DNA from: Octopus bimaculoides
Lineage: Eukaryota
DNA length: 45,613 nucleotides
Reading direction: 5' to 3'
Assembly: GCF_001194135.2 (NCBI RefSeq)
Contig: NC_069005.1
Coordinates: 34,789,739-34,835,351 of the forward strand
How positions within the stretch are numbered: position 1 is the stretch's first letter; each line of letters starts with the position of its first letter. Under the pieces are notes generated by a model. That model was given only the letters and a program-made list of their open reading frames with translations, was not told where the DNA came from and searched no databases. The position numbers and the translations under genes are program-made. Below, in pieces: positions 23,771 through 36,022 of the stretch.

Positions 23771-25182
23771 CATATGTATGTATGTGCATATGTATGTATG
23801 TATGTTCTGGGATCTTTGTTCTCTATATTTCTCTATATTTCTCTTGAAGCTGCCAAAGAAGAATTACCATATTGGTGGTGCTCCTATTGGCTGTAAATCC
23901 AGATTGGTTCTCTGGTGAGAGGAAGGGTTCTGCAATGATTACTACCAGTCTGTTCAAGAATATTATTGGGTGGTTTTCCCCTGCGATGGAGAATAAAGTG
24001 TATATTTTTGTAGGTGAAACAGTCAGACCTTCTCCCTTGTATTCAGAGATGACGATGATGTCTGCATCACGAAAGGTCTGTGGTAGTTATAAAACCCGAA
24101 GTTTTATATAAAACTTGTTTTAAAAATTTGTACGAAATATTAATTTCAAAGTTTGGCATAAGATCAGCAATTTCAGAGGGGTGGAGTGGGGAGTTGATTC
24201 CATCGACCTCAGTATGCAACTGGTACTTATTTTATCGACCCCGAAAAGATGAGAGACAAAATCGATCCCGGCGACATTTGAACTCAGAACATGAAAAGTG
24301 GAAGAAATACCGCTAAGCATTAAAACCGACACAGTTGCGATTCTGTTGGTTCGCCGTCTTAATTATATAAAATATTGAACATTTATTTTGAGGTACCTGG
24401 CTACTGTCGAACTTTTATCGTTAGATTGTTAAGATGTGTGTCCAAATATCAAATATCAGTCATACCCCAATATTAGGGAATTTTGCCCCCCCCCCACCTT
24501 ACTCCTTTAGTAAGGGGAAAAGAGTTAGTATCCGTTTAATTCTGCTAATTTACTCTGGTTTTAGATAAGATTTAAAACTCTATTAATGTTACTAAATTTG
24601 GCAACTTGTCTGCCCCGATTTAAAATTTCACAGCCATTTCCCATATTAAGGGAGATCTAACCGACTTACAGCCCTCCCCAAATTTGTAGCCTTCTCTTTC
24701 TGTTAGTAACATCAACTTGTTATGAAAATATGTTCATTCTGGTGGTGTTGGAGGGAGAGGGAGAGAGAGCGAGAGCGGTTGCATTGTTGTTGTGATTGTG
24801 GTGGTGGTGGCGCAGACGAGATAGTTATGTCAGTTATAATGGTGGTGGTGGAGAGCAGCAGGTTATAATGGGGGGGGGGGAATGATTGTCATATGGACTG
24901 GTCTAACGGACAGGAACATCACGTGACTACTATCTCCCTTTTAATCTCTTTTCCCAATCCACTTTATCACCACCACCACCACAAATACAAATACAATTAT
25001 AAATACCACCACCACCACCACCACCACCATTAACTTTCACTTCCCTCTACTCTTAATAGTCTAACATCCACCCTCGCTACTGTAATCGTTCTACCCCACC
25101 ACCACCACCACCACCATTGAAACATCACCTCCCTCTACCACTACCTCCACCACCATCATCACATGTAATACGGCTATTATAC

Positions 25183-25237
25183 CACGTGACTTACGTTACT
25201 CAGTTGGCGGTTAATTCAAAAATATTTTCATTTCGAA
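25183..25237 (+). promoter_or_regulatory. CDE-CHR (DREAM/MuvB) element, second CHR-type hexamer and E-box upstream of gene 2
   Basis: TGGCGG-TTAA-TTCAAA at 25205-25220 matches BSSSSS-NNNN-TTYRAA. TTCGAA at 25232-25237; CACGTG at 25183-25188. Confidence 0.55.
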
Positions 25238-25439
25238 ATCGGGCGTCGTTTTGATTCATTCTACAATTTGCCAGAGCACGTTACTATTTGACACTTTCTT
25301 CAGCTCGCCGATTTGTTCCTCTTCAAATACATCTTATATTCTATCCGAAGATTCTAACCGTTTCTTTAGAACTACCATCACACACTTATCGTCATTATTA
25401 TTATTCTTTCTTAAATAACAGAAAGCTAAATCTTTAAAC

Positions 25440-25721
25440 ATGGAAAATATGCGAAGATCATTCCGAACCACAGGACGACACCGTCGGTATCTCTCTCTCC
25501 GTGACAAGGAAAACCGATTATTGACCACCCCGGAATATGTGAAGAAAAGACCCGAGATCGAAGACCGGATCGATGAAGAATGTCCACAATGTACCCAGGC
25601 TGGAAACGAAATCAGAGCCAGGAAACAGTCACTTAATGGTACCACTAATGGTAATTGCCAATTTAGTCGAAGTGCCAGTATCAGAAAGACTGTCGTTGAT
25701 GCTGTTGGGACACTAAGGAGG
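25440..25721 (+). CDS. Gene 2 coding exon 1
   Basis: Acceptor ttaaataacag at 25421, ATG at 25440, donor AGG|gtgagt. Confidence 0.85.
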
Positions 25722-28700
25722 GTGAGTAGCCTTTTATTTTTTGAATATTAGTCTTATATGGAAATGTGGCTTTTTCAAAATTATTTTTATTGGTGATCTT
25801 TCGGTATCGAAAGATCGCCTTTTTATTTTATTTTTAGAGAGACTAAGGTGTGTTTGTGAGTGAAAATAAATTGTTAAATTCTGTTGATTCATTTGCTAAC
25901 TTTCGTAGTTTCCTCAACATCGGTTCCTGGGACAAAATAAACTGGATCCACTTTAGATGTGTATCCGAGGAACAGGGGTGGACATAGAACTGGATTTGTC
26001 AAAACAAGTCATTATAGTATCGGATGTACAACGGAAAAGAGAGTCAATAGTCTTTGTGTAGTCTTTCGAACTATTGTCCGGTTGGATCAAATATATATAT
26101 ATAGCGAGTTTTCATATTTGTTTTAATTGTTAATAAAATCCCTACCAGACCCTTTACGTGAATCCACACACACACACACACTCTTTAGCGTCTTATTAAC
26201 ATTTGTCATTCCATTAACTGACAACATTCTTTAATTCTACTATGATCCCACTGACTACACAGTCCTGAAGTTTTCTTTTTGAGAAAATAGATGAGGTAGA
26301 CCTATTCCCTCTACTCAAAGTTGGTTCCAACAGACCAGCTATGACAGAATCGATATTATTTCGATACAGACATTCTCTAATTTCTTGGACATTACCAATT
26401 TAGGGCGGAAGGGATTCCCCGGAGACATTTTTTCTAGTCGTGTTTGTTTACGGAAACCGTCAAATGTCTTTTACATGGTTTATCAGGGAACAGAAACGGA
26501 GTTGAGATTGTTAATAGCTGTCTTGCTGGTGGCATTCTCTCGCTACTTTACTCTGTGTATGAGAGAGAGAAAGAGAGAGAGAGAGATGTCTCCTGTATTA
26601 TGTTACACATACATTCCAGTGTTATCAAATATTTCATATCGTCGTCTGTCACAGGCACGCATCTCGTGGCTACTGTTTTAGATAGAGTTTGAAAATGTTC
26701 TGCTTGTCCTGTCCAACCGTCTCAAAGCTACTGTTTTAGATAGAAGTGGAACATAGCATAGATGCGGATGAATGGGAAGAAGTTTTCTTCCCGAAACCAC
26801 ACAGGTTCTGGGATCAGTTTCATTGTGTGGCACCTCGGGCTAGTGTCTTCTAATATAACCTTGAGTCTTCCAAAGCCTCGAGTGGGTTTGGTTGGCGGAA
26901 ACTTAAAGAAGCCCGTCATACACGTGCATATGTGTGTCGCATCACCGCTTGACAACCGGTGTTGGTGTGTTTACGCCCCCGTAACTTGGCGGTTTGGCCA
27001 AAGAGACCGATAGAATAAGTACCAGGATTAAAAAAAAAAAACAAGTACTCGGGTCGATTCATTCGATTAATAATTTTTCAAGGCAGTGCCCCAGTTTGGC
27101 CGCAGTCGAATGACTGAAACAAGTGCAAGATGAAGGAATGTGTCCTGCCTTACCCGACCAACTCCTGGCTACTGGCATTGGTGTAGCTCGAACTCCTGTC
27201 CTGCCATTTGTGGTTTGTCTCAGACTAGTCCAGATCCTCGCTGTTTGAAATCGGTGACAAGCATTCTCATTGGTTGCTTACATTTGTGGTGGTGGTGGTG
27301 GTGGCAGCGATGGGTGCGGCAGTAATGTTGGGGTTGATGAAGATAACAATTTGTGGTAGTTGTGGAGATAATAGGTCTCAGTGGGATGGTAACATTGTGT
27401 GTGTGGGTGGGTGTGATTCCATAGCTATCATATTTCGTCTTTGTGTATGTGTGTGTGTGTGATTATACAGCTATTACAGTTGTGTGTGAGTGTGTGAAGG
27501 TGTGTGTGATAATGCAGCTGAAGTATTTTGTGTGTGTGTGTGTTTAGTCAGTCTCTCCGCCCCTCCGTGTCTATGGACTTCTTTAAAGGACGTGAACCAG
27601 ATATCTTAGGAATGTATGTGAGGGAATGTATGTGTGAGAGAGAGAGAGCAGAGATTAGTATCTGTGTGATCAGTTGGATGTAGTACCGTTTGTAATGGTG
27701 GTGGCGGTGGTGAGTTGTAACTACAGTAGTGGTGGTGGTGGTGGCAGATCACTCCAGTTGAACACTATCTTCCTCATCTTTTTCATGTGGGCCAGCACCA
27801 GTAATGAGAGGTGGTGGTGGTGGTGGGGGGCTGTTGGGGGGCATTTGACTTGACCTCCTACCAAACCAGTGGTTCTCAACCCATCTTCTTTTACGTGTGG
27901 ATCCTTTCACTTCGGTGGAACTCCATAGCCTCTCAGTGTTTAAAAACTAGTTTTATAAAAACTTCTTTCAGGATTCCTCTTAAGTTTTTCAAATGAAGAA
28001 TCCTTCAAGAATCCATAAAAATTCCCGGATCACTACCAAAATTTCATCATCTGTTCCTTGTGTCATTACCAACTTTTCCTGCAAGTTTCATCAACTTTTT
28101 GAGTTATTTTGCACACAGACAGACAAACCAACGCTGATGAAAACATAACATCCTTCCTTGGGAGAGGTAATGATGTGATGATAACATTAATGTTGAAATT
28201 GATAATAATGATAAAAGTGATGATGCTGGTGATGGTGATGGTGTAATGGCAGTAGTGATGATGATGATGGTGCTGATGGCAGTGGTTGTAACTCTAATGG
28301 TTTTGTTTTTATGTTTTTCAGAAAATCTCTTCAACTGCTCAACTGATGAGTCAAGGAAGCATGGCAGATATAGGCAGGCGCCGATCCTTGAGAATTGCTT
28401 CTCGGACTCCACCACGCTGCACGCATGGGATTAATTCCATCTATTCCCCTTTCACTTTTGAAACCCCAGAGAAACGCAAAGCAGAACGCAAATGGTGAGG
28501 ACTTTATCAGACTCAGTATTTTAATGAAAGTCACCCTTCCTGGATTCTCTTCAACTCCTGGCATTTTTATAACTTCTTTTATGTCGGGTTCCAGTTAGAT
28601 TGGGCTAAACTATGTTGTTTTCTCCCCAAACCTCCATTATCAATACTAAATGTGGCACAGTTAGCCTTTGTACCTTGTTAGACCTAAAACACATTAGATC

Positions 28701-29763
28701 TAATGAATATTATCCCCTTAAAAAGCACTTACTACTTGGGGGACATTACTTGAATTTGCTCACAACCTTCATTATGGGACCCTGTCACCCATCTTTAAGT
28801 CAGTCTAAAAAGATTGTAGACATTGTCTGTCTTTAGAAGAATAAAGAAAAAAGTGAAAATACAGATTTAGCATTATTTTGTCCAGGTTAAAATGGGTTGT
28901 CTGACTTGATCTGATCAGCTGTTCACTGAACAAAGTATGGTTTATATACATATATGGCACAGGTGTGGCTGTGTGGTAAGAAGCTTGCTTACCAACCACA
29001 TGATTCTGGGTTCAGTCCCACTGTATGACACCTTGGGCAAGTGTCTTCTACTGTAGCCTTGGGCTGACCAAAGCCTTGTGAGTGGATTTGGCTGATGGAG
29101 ACTGAAAGAAGCCAATCACATATGTATACATATATATGTGTGTCTGTGTTTGTCTCCCTCCACCACTTGACAACCGGTGTTGGTGTGTTTACGTTCCCAT
29201 AACCAAAAGAGGTCTTTACTCTTTATTATTGTATAAGGAAATTGTTAAAATATTTTGTGCAATGTAGAAATATAACCAATTAAATGCAGATAAATTTTAA
29301 CAAAGTTTTGTATGGATCCCAGTTGTGAACCAATGCTTTAAACAAACTGACCATTGCTCTAAACAAACTGACCAATGAAAGGTAGAGGCATATGTAGAAA
29401 CACACACACACACACACACAAACAAGTCCAGTACTGTAGTCATTAAATTACTGTTTTCATGTTTCTCTTTTTCTAGGTGTGATATCGAAACGCCAACCAA
29501 ACTGCGTCGTGAAGTGGAAGCATTGACTTCTGACATGCAAGCTTTGGCATCTCTGACACCCAATACTCTGCGCAGTCGGGCATCTGCACGGTGAGGCATT
29601 CATTTACTTACTTTTATTTTTCTGAAATTTCCGTTGCCACTTGCAACCTTTTCGGTAGACTGTGTCTGTTATTCATATAAATAAGTAAATGAGTGGAAAC
29701 TTTACCAGTGAGAGTGTTAAATTATAAAGCACTAAAAGAGAATGACTCTCCCCAGGCACAACA

Positions 29764-29807
<44 letters not shown>

Positions 29808-30051
29808 GTGAGCAAATAGTTTGAAACTGGCCACTCCCGTGATCCTGTCAGCAGCTGGGAGATAGTAGGGGTTCGCTGCCCACACTTAAAAAAGTCTACC
29901 AAATTCTTTCTTAATGCTCTCCTTGTTGTTTCCATTGTTCTATATTTGGCTGATTCTTGTTTCTTTTTTTCTCTTTTTTTTTTCGCCCTTCAACAGGAAA
30001 AAGTCTCCAAGAAGACTCAACCAGGCAAAGAAATTCCAGACTGTGGTGTGA
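25440..30051 (+). CDS. Uncharacterised 207-aa basic, low-structure, cell-cycle-type protein (KEN box, many S/T-P sites); possibly PIMREG/FAM64A-like; 4 coding exons
   Basis: join(25440-25721,28322-28494,29477-29590,29997-30051) is 624 nt. GT-AG introns with compatible phases 0,2,2 give one uninterrupted frame: MENMRRSFRTTGRHRRYLSLRDKENRLLTTPE...SIRKTVVDAVGTLRRKISST...RRRSLRIASRTPP...SIYSPFTFETPEKRKAERKWCDIETPTKLRREVEALTSDMQALASLTPNTLRSRASARKKSPRRLNQAKKFQTVV*. Confidence 0.85.
26790..27135 (+). mobile_element. SINE family B in gene 2 intron 1
   Basis: cacctcgggctagtgtcttc...aaagcctcgagtggg...cttgacaaccggtgttggtgtgtttacgccccc...aagagaccgatagaataagtacc...tgactgaaacaagt. Confidence 0.8.
27980..28172 (-). 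mobile_element. Helentron/DINE-1-like non-autonomous element fragment
   Basis: Minus strand attacctctcccaagg...gttatgttttcatcagcgttggtttgtctgtctgtg... resembles the tacctccgccaaggaggttatgttttc plus (gtct)n terminus recalled for this class. A hAT-like cagtggttctcaacc terminus lies at about 27867. Confidence 0.45.
28322..28494 (+). CDS. Gene 2 coding exon 2 (173 nt)
   Basis: gtttttcag | KISSTAQLMSQGSMADIGRRRSLRIASRTPPRCTHGINSIYSPFTFETPEKRKAERK(W) | gtgagg. Confidence 0.85.
28956..29215 (+). mobile_element. SINE family B with intact tRNA-like head
   Basis: ggcacaggtgtggctgtgtggtaagaagcttgcttaccaaccacatgattctgggttcagtcccactg... has A-box and B-box-like motifs. Confidence 0.85.
29477..29590 (+). 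CDS. Gene 2 coding exon 3 (114 nt)
   Basis: ctttttctag | (W)CDIETPTKLRREVEALTSDMQALASLTPNTLRSRASA(R) | gtgagg. Confidence 0.85.
29997..30051 (+). CDS. Gene 2 terminal coding exon (55 nt)
   Basis: Long polypyrimidine tract then caacag | (R)KKSPRRLNQAKKFQTVV*. Confidence 0.8.
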
Positions 30052-30130
30052 AGTTATCTCCCTTAGATCAGTCCACTTGTTACTGCTTTTATTTTTCTCA
30101 TTTATCTTTATAGTTGCCATGGAGAGATAG

Positions 30131-30290
30131 AGATTGAGTGTGCTATCCTCTGAGTTACTCAAGTTGAGTATGACCTGTTTTGAGTTACTCAGATTGAATT
30201 TGCTATACTTTGAGTCACTCCATTTCAGCATATTATGCTATGGGTCACTCAGGATGAGTGTGATTTGTTGAGTCCCTCAAGATGAGTGAA
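30131..30290. repeat. 30-bp tandem array with palindromic core TGAGTNACTCA
   Basis: Cores start at 30151, 30181, 30211, 30241 and 30269. Confidence 0.85.
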
Positions 30291-30443
30291 AGCTTTTTAT
30301 GAAAAAATGGAGACAAAATTGGGTTTTCTCTCTATTTTTGATATTTTCGTAAATTTTTGGTTGATGTGAATGGAAGACTGAGTTTTGCCTGTTGCTTATA
30401 TAACCATGCTCCCTAAACACACACACACACACACACAGACTAT

Positions 30444-30475
<32 letters not shown>

Positions 30476-30485
30476 NNNNNNNNNN

Positions 30486-30546
<61 letters not shown>

Positions 30547-30624
30547 ATATACACACACACACACATATACATACACACATACATACACATTTATAGTATA
30601 TGTATGTGTATCTANNNNNNNNNN

Positions 30625-30655
<31 letters not shown>

Positions 30656-31304
30656 ACACACAGTATATATATTCAGTATATATAATTTGATATTCTAAAT
30701 TTAGGATCAATATTGTTCTATAATTTCCCCCCCTGTATTTTGGGGGATCATATATTCTAGACAGCTCCAAACTGATCCCTATTTCCTCAGTCTTACTTTT
30801 TTTGCTCCAGATTGACCCCTGTCTCCCCCAGGCTGACCTCTCTCTCACCAAATTAACCCCTGTCAAAATAACTGACTTTTTCAAATTTCATTTGTTTTTG
30901 TTTTTTTTATATCTGTCTTTGTAATATATTTGGTTGTGATGGTCACTTTTAGTGACATGTTTTTAGTACATTCTGGTTCTGACTCGACTTTAAGGTCAAC
31001 CCTGAAATATTGTCATTGCTCAACTTATTAAATTATTTTATTTTTCGTTTTCTTTTCGTTTTTATTCCTGTTTCCAGAAAGGATCAAAATAGGTAGGGTT
31101 AAATTTCTTGCCTAAGAACTAAACGTCTGCTATCCTTGGAGTTCTGGACTTTGTGAACACTTTGCAGTCATTACTCAGTCACCACACTGACGTTTGAACC
31201 TTACAAGGCTGTTATTACATGGCTTTACACCACCTTCAATCTCAACACCATTTTCTACTGTGCTGTTACCCTAACCATTCTGTGGAGTTCTTTACCAGGA
31301 ATTC

Positions 31305-31500
31305 TTGTCTCTAAACTGACACTGTTGGTTATGACAATGAGGGTTCCAGTCGATCCAATTACTGGAACAGCCTGCTCTTGAAATTAATGTGCAAATGACT
31401 GAGTACTCCACAGATACATGTATCCTTAATGTACTTCTCTAGGAGATTCAATGTGATACAGAATGGTCCCTTTGAATTCCTGGTACAACTCATTTTTGCC
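31305..31500. mobile_element. Interspersed SINE-like repeat (another family)
   Basis: gacactgttggttatgacaatgagggttccagtcgatcc...ggaacagcctgctc...gaaattaatgtgcaa...; resembles a recalled octopus repeat, not checked by search. Confidence 0.45.
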
Positions 31501-33458
31501 CACTAAATACCCTAACCACTTGGATATACATTATTTTTTCAAAAAGCACACCTGTAAAGGTTCTCAGGTGGAATTATAGATTAAAGCCATTTACTTTTCA
31601 GGAATATTCTAGAATCTCTTTAGGGTAGATCTTAGAGAATTAACAACTTCTTCATTTTATTGGTCCCTGCACCTGGTGAGATGTAGGTGTGTATTGGAGT
31701 TGTTTAATCTTAAGTCAGTTGTGACTGTTGAGTGATGAAATGTGAACATCAAAATTTTTCCAGTTATGGCGCTCTCTTCAATTGGCTCCAAACATTTCTG
31801 TGTCTTTTCGTTTTTCTTTTTAAGAGTGTAGGGAGTGATTCAAGGAAGATTTGGCTGCTATATCTCGTAAACCGAATAATCATGTGTGGGCTCCCTCATT
31901 AGCGTGTGTGTGTGTGTATGGCTGTTGAACCACTTTTCCTCTACATTTTTTTCCTAAATAACATTGTTGAGAAAGGAATTTGTCTTTTGTGACATCCGTT
32001 CTGTCTTCTTTTCCTTCAGTTGCTCCTTTAAATGCAACATTTTCAAAAGATGGAATATTCTTGTTGTTGTTGCTGCTTATTTTATTTTCTTTAAATCAAA
32101 TTTATTTTTCCAACACTTCTTTCCCCCGTGTCTTCCATTGGGCAACGGGTTTGAACTTGAAACTCTGTCTCACTGATTTTTTTTTTTTTTTTTCTTAGTC
32201 ATTTTCTCCATCTTTTATTAAAAACAATTTCAGGCTGTGTTAATGTTATTGAGGCTGCTTCCTGCTATTTCTCTGTTTGTTTGAGCCATAAATAACAANN
32301 NNNNNNNNNNNNNNNNNNNNNNNNNNNNNNNNNNNNNNNNNNNNNNNNNNNNNNNNNNCCAGATGATGGAGTGGAGTCTGGAATAATCTGAAAAGTTTTT
32401 GTTTGGAAAATTGAAAAAAAAAAAATTAAAATTAATTTGGTGAATTAGTTAACATCACTTTATGATAGACATCTGTTAGCTTAAACAGTCAATAATAATA
32501 ATGATTTCTGCCTATAATGATAATAATGAAGTTTGTCTACACACAATGGATAGATAAGGGTGTGTGTGTCCCTAGGCACAAACTTTGTTTTTGCTCCTGG
32601 CCCTAACCCCCTACAATGTACCTGTTCATCTTTACATATCTATCTTTTACCTTTTATTTTGAAAACTATTTTTCCCCCTCCCGTCAAATATTTTCTTTCC
32701 TAAATTCTTGATCTTCCAATGTAAATAAATTATTTATTGATTTTTGCTTTTACTTGTAAACTTCCCAAATAACTTGAAATGCTTCTGCAAATGTTTTTAT
32801 TTTATATTTTATTTTATTTCTGACAATTTAATCAAGTCCAAGTTCCTCAATAATTTCTCAACATATTCTGTAAAGTATACATTAATTAATTTAAAAAATA
32901 ATTAATTTCTAGCAATCACCCCTCCTTGTTCTCGTTGTAAACAGTTTTAACAATTTATGAAAATTGTGTTTGTTGCCAGAAATATATTATTTTGTTTTAC
33001 TTATGGAATGGTATTTGCTGTGTGGTGGTCATCATTGTGACCCCTTCCACCTGTTCATCATCATGATCACCATCATTTTAACAGTGATTATTCTTCATTG
33101 TCATCAATTGGATGGTTCTACAGTGCAACTTGCCTCTCCCTGCATCAATCCTCTCCTCCTAAAGTACGTGTGACCTTTGTCCACTTAACCACACTCCCTC
33201 TACAAATGTCCTGTCACTCACCTCACACACACACACCCGTCTTTTGTCCATGATTTACTCAGGACACAAGCGAGTCACTCCTCACAATTACTTGTCTTTG
33301 TACCAACATTTGAAATCACTAACACTTTTTCTGAGTTCAAATTCCACTGAGATTGGCTTTGCCTTTTATCATTTTGGGGTCAATAAAATAAGTACCAGTT
33401 GATGTAATTGACTCATCCCCTTCCTCTGAAGTGCTGGCCTTCTGCCAAAATTTGAAAC

Positions 33459-33504
<46 letters not shown>

Positions 33505-34877
33505 TTCTTTTTTATTAAAAGAATTTTCAGAAAGCATTTCTAGTTATTTGGCCAAAAATTGTAAATGAGTGTTTGTCCGTTTTTGTGATTTAAAGATAAG
33601 CTCTTGTCGTCCTGTTACCTATTCTGTCCCTTTTTTATATCTTAATCATTTCTAATTGACCCTGTTTCCCCGCAGGCCTCCCCTCCTGGCCCTTCTATTG
33701 CAGCTTCCCTCTCTCTTCTTTATCAATCATCTCACTGTTTTACACAATCTCTATTAATTACTCTGTGTACGTATGTCTCTACATATTTTTGTATGTGTGT
33801 GTCTATATATATTTCTGTATGTATGTGGGTGTGTGTATGTGTGTGTCTATATATATTTCTGTATGTATGTATGTGTGTGTGTGTGTACATATTTCTGTAT
33901 GTTTGTGTCTGTGTTTGTACATATTTTTGCAAGTGTGTTTGTTAATACGTGTGCTTTTGTAAATACCCTTTTTCTTCTGTTACTCAGGGGTGGACCAGTG
34001 GCCTTTGTCTGCTCTCTCGAAGCCCCTCACTCCTCCCTCTCACTAATGTGCACCTATGTAATTGTGTCTTTCTCCCTTCTGGGGGTGGTTGCTTGGATGG
34101 GGCAGAAAGGGTTGGTGTATGCAACATTGCACTACAACCACCACCATTCCTGGTATTTTAATTGTGATCCCTGGATCATGCTGTATACTCCGGTTTCCTT
34201 TCCTGGTTGTACTCATTTTACTTCATTTGTGTTGCTAATTCCCCATGCAAAACCATAAACATCGCACCTGCCACTCATCCCACCACAATTTGCTTAAAAA
34301 CCTCCCAAAATTCGTCCTTCTGTCAATCTGGAGATTGAACCTGTGACCACATGGTCCACAGTGTTTACTACATTAACTCTTAAGACCTCATTAAAAGCCC
34401 AGTCTTGTAATGAGATTCTTTCTCTTCCTTAAAAATGAATGTAAACAAGATTAGTATGATTTTTGTGATATTCTGTTTCAAAATTGACTTCTACAGAGTG
34501 CCATATGTCACTGTGCCATACAAGAAGTTAAAAGTGTGTCTCTTGTTTCAGTAAATAAATATTGTTGTTTGTGTTCTTCTTGTCTTTTATTTCTGCTAAT
34601 ATTTCTGTAAATTTACATTGGTTATTATTTCATATCACTGGCCAGTTTAATGGACTTCCTGTTCAGCTTTGGCCATATTTACTCTAAATGACCAGACACT
34701 ATACTCCGATCGACCCCTTTCTATCACTGTAATCTAACTTCCTTTACAGCCACAGGGGACTAAATATTGCATGACTTCTGTATTTATCACATAATTTATA
34801 GAATAAAATTTATTACTTTTTTTTATATTGTTGTTTGTTTCATTTATTTTAGCAACAGTTTTTATTATCATTATTAA

Positions 34878-34995
34878 CCCTTTGACCCCTGACCTCCTGA
34901 ACCTTATTTTACGATATACCTGGCATTCCACTGGTGCTACAATGTAGAGAAAAATAAGCCATCCACTCCTAAACTGGGGTTATGAACTCAAAGGG
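34878..34995. mobile_element. 118-bp piggyBac-like mini-MITE
   Basis: TTAA (34874-34877) | ccctttga ... tcaaaggg | TTAA (34996-34999). Confidence 0.6.
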
Positions 34996-35982
34996 TTAAG
35001 ATGGTGAGCTGGCAGAGTTGTTAAGCATGCTGGCTCAGACTGCTTCGTTAAGAACCTCAAAAATGTGATGAGAAGTTTCAGGCGATCCTGGTTCGGTGAA
35101 GCAGAGATGCTTTGGTTTTTGAATGTATCATGATGAGAAATGGTTTGACAGGGAAATAGTAAGAGTTGTAGGTTAAGCNNNNNNNNNNGACAGGGAAATA
35201 GTAAGAGTTGTAGGTTAAGCATTGGAGATATTTGTCAAAAGAACGCTTTCAAAATTGGTCACCTTTAAGGAGAAGAAATCGATCACTGATTTCATTGATT
35301 TTCGAACCAAGAAATAATTTCTATTTTAACAAAAACGCACAGGGAGATAAACGTGTTGGATTGATGGAAATTTCAAGGGAAGTAACTGCGAATGGAATAG
35401 AAATGATTTCTAAAATTGGTGCAGAAGGCCTGAAATTTTGGTGGATTCGAGTGAAGTCTGTTAAATCAGCCTCAGTTGACCACTTGACCACACGAGAAAG
35501 ATTAAAGGATTATGAGATGAATTCGATTAATATTTAAGTATCTCAAGCTTCTCAGCATACCCATATGTCTGAATTGTATTGCATTTATTTATACATACAT
35601 GATGTGTGNNNNNNNNNNGCCGATACACAGCAGCAACAGCAACAAGAAAAATGTCAATAAGTTTTGTAAGGATTTATTTTGTTATAAAAGAATACAAAAG
35701 ACGTAAAAAATCCGACAATCTCAAATATTTGGAATACTGCATTATAATGTTTGTTCGGGACTCTATACTTTGAAAATTGGGTTTTGTTAGTTCAAAGAAT
35801 GATAAATTGATTTTGAAGAATGTCTAGAAATCTGTTTCTGTCAACAGAGAAATCTATAGAGTTTCAAGATTCCTCTGTTGAAAAAGGCAAAGTTGTGAAA
35901 TTATAAGGTCTGTTTGAAATTTTCCATATACATATATATACAAGTATACATACACATATATATATATATATAGGCATGTATG

Positions 35983-36022
<40 letters not shown>

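Noticed and set aside
26669-26744. 18-bp direct repeat gctactgttttagataga, 58 bp apart
   Set aside because: No element termini between the copies; most likely a small local duplication.
30131-30290. CRISPR-like repeat-spacer array
   Set aside because: Eukaryotic context, no cas genes, core only 11 bp, and the spacers are related to each other.
35147-35220. 32-bp exact duplication
   Set aside because: The copies flank a 10-N gap; an unmerged contig overlap.
35232-35537. 101-aa plus-strand ORF
   Set aside because: No ATG start, no recognisable motif and no convincing splice sites.
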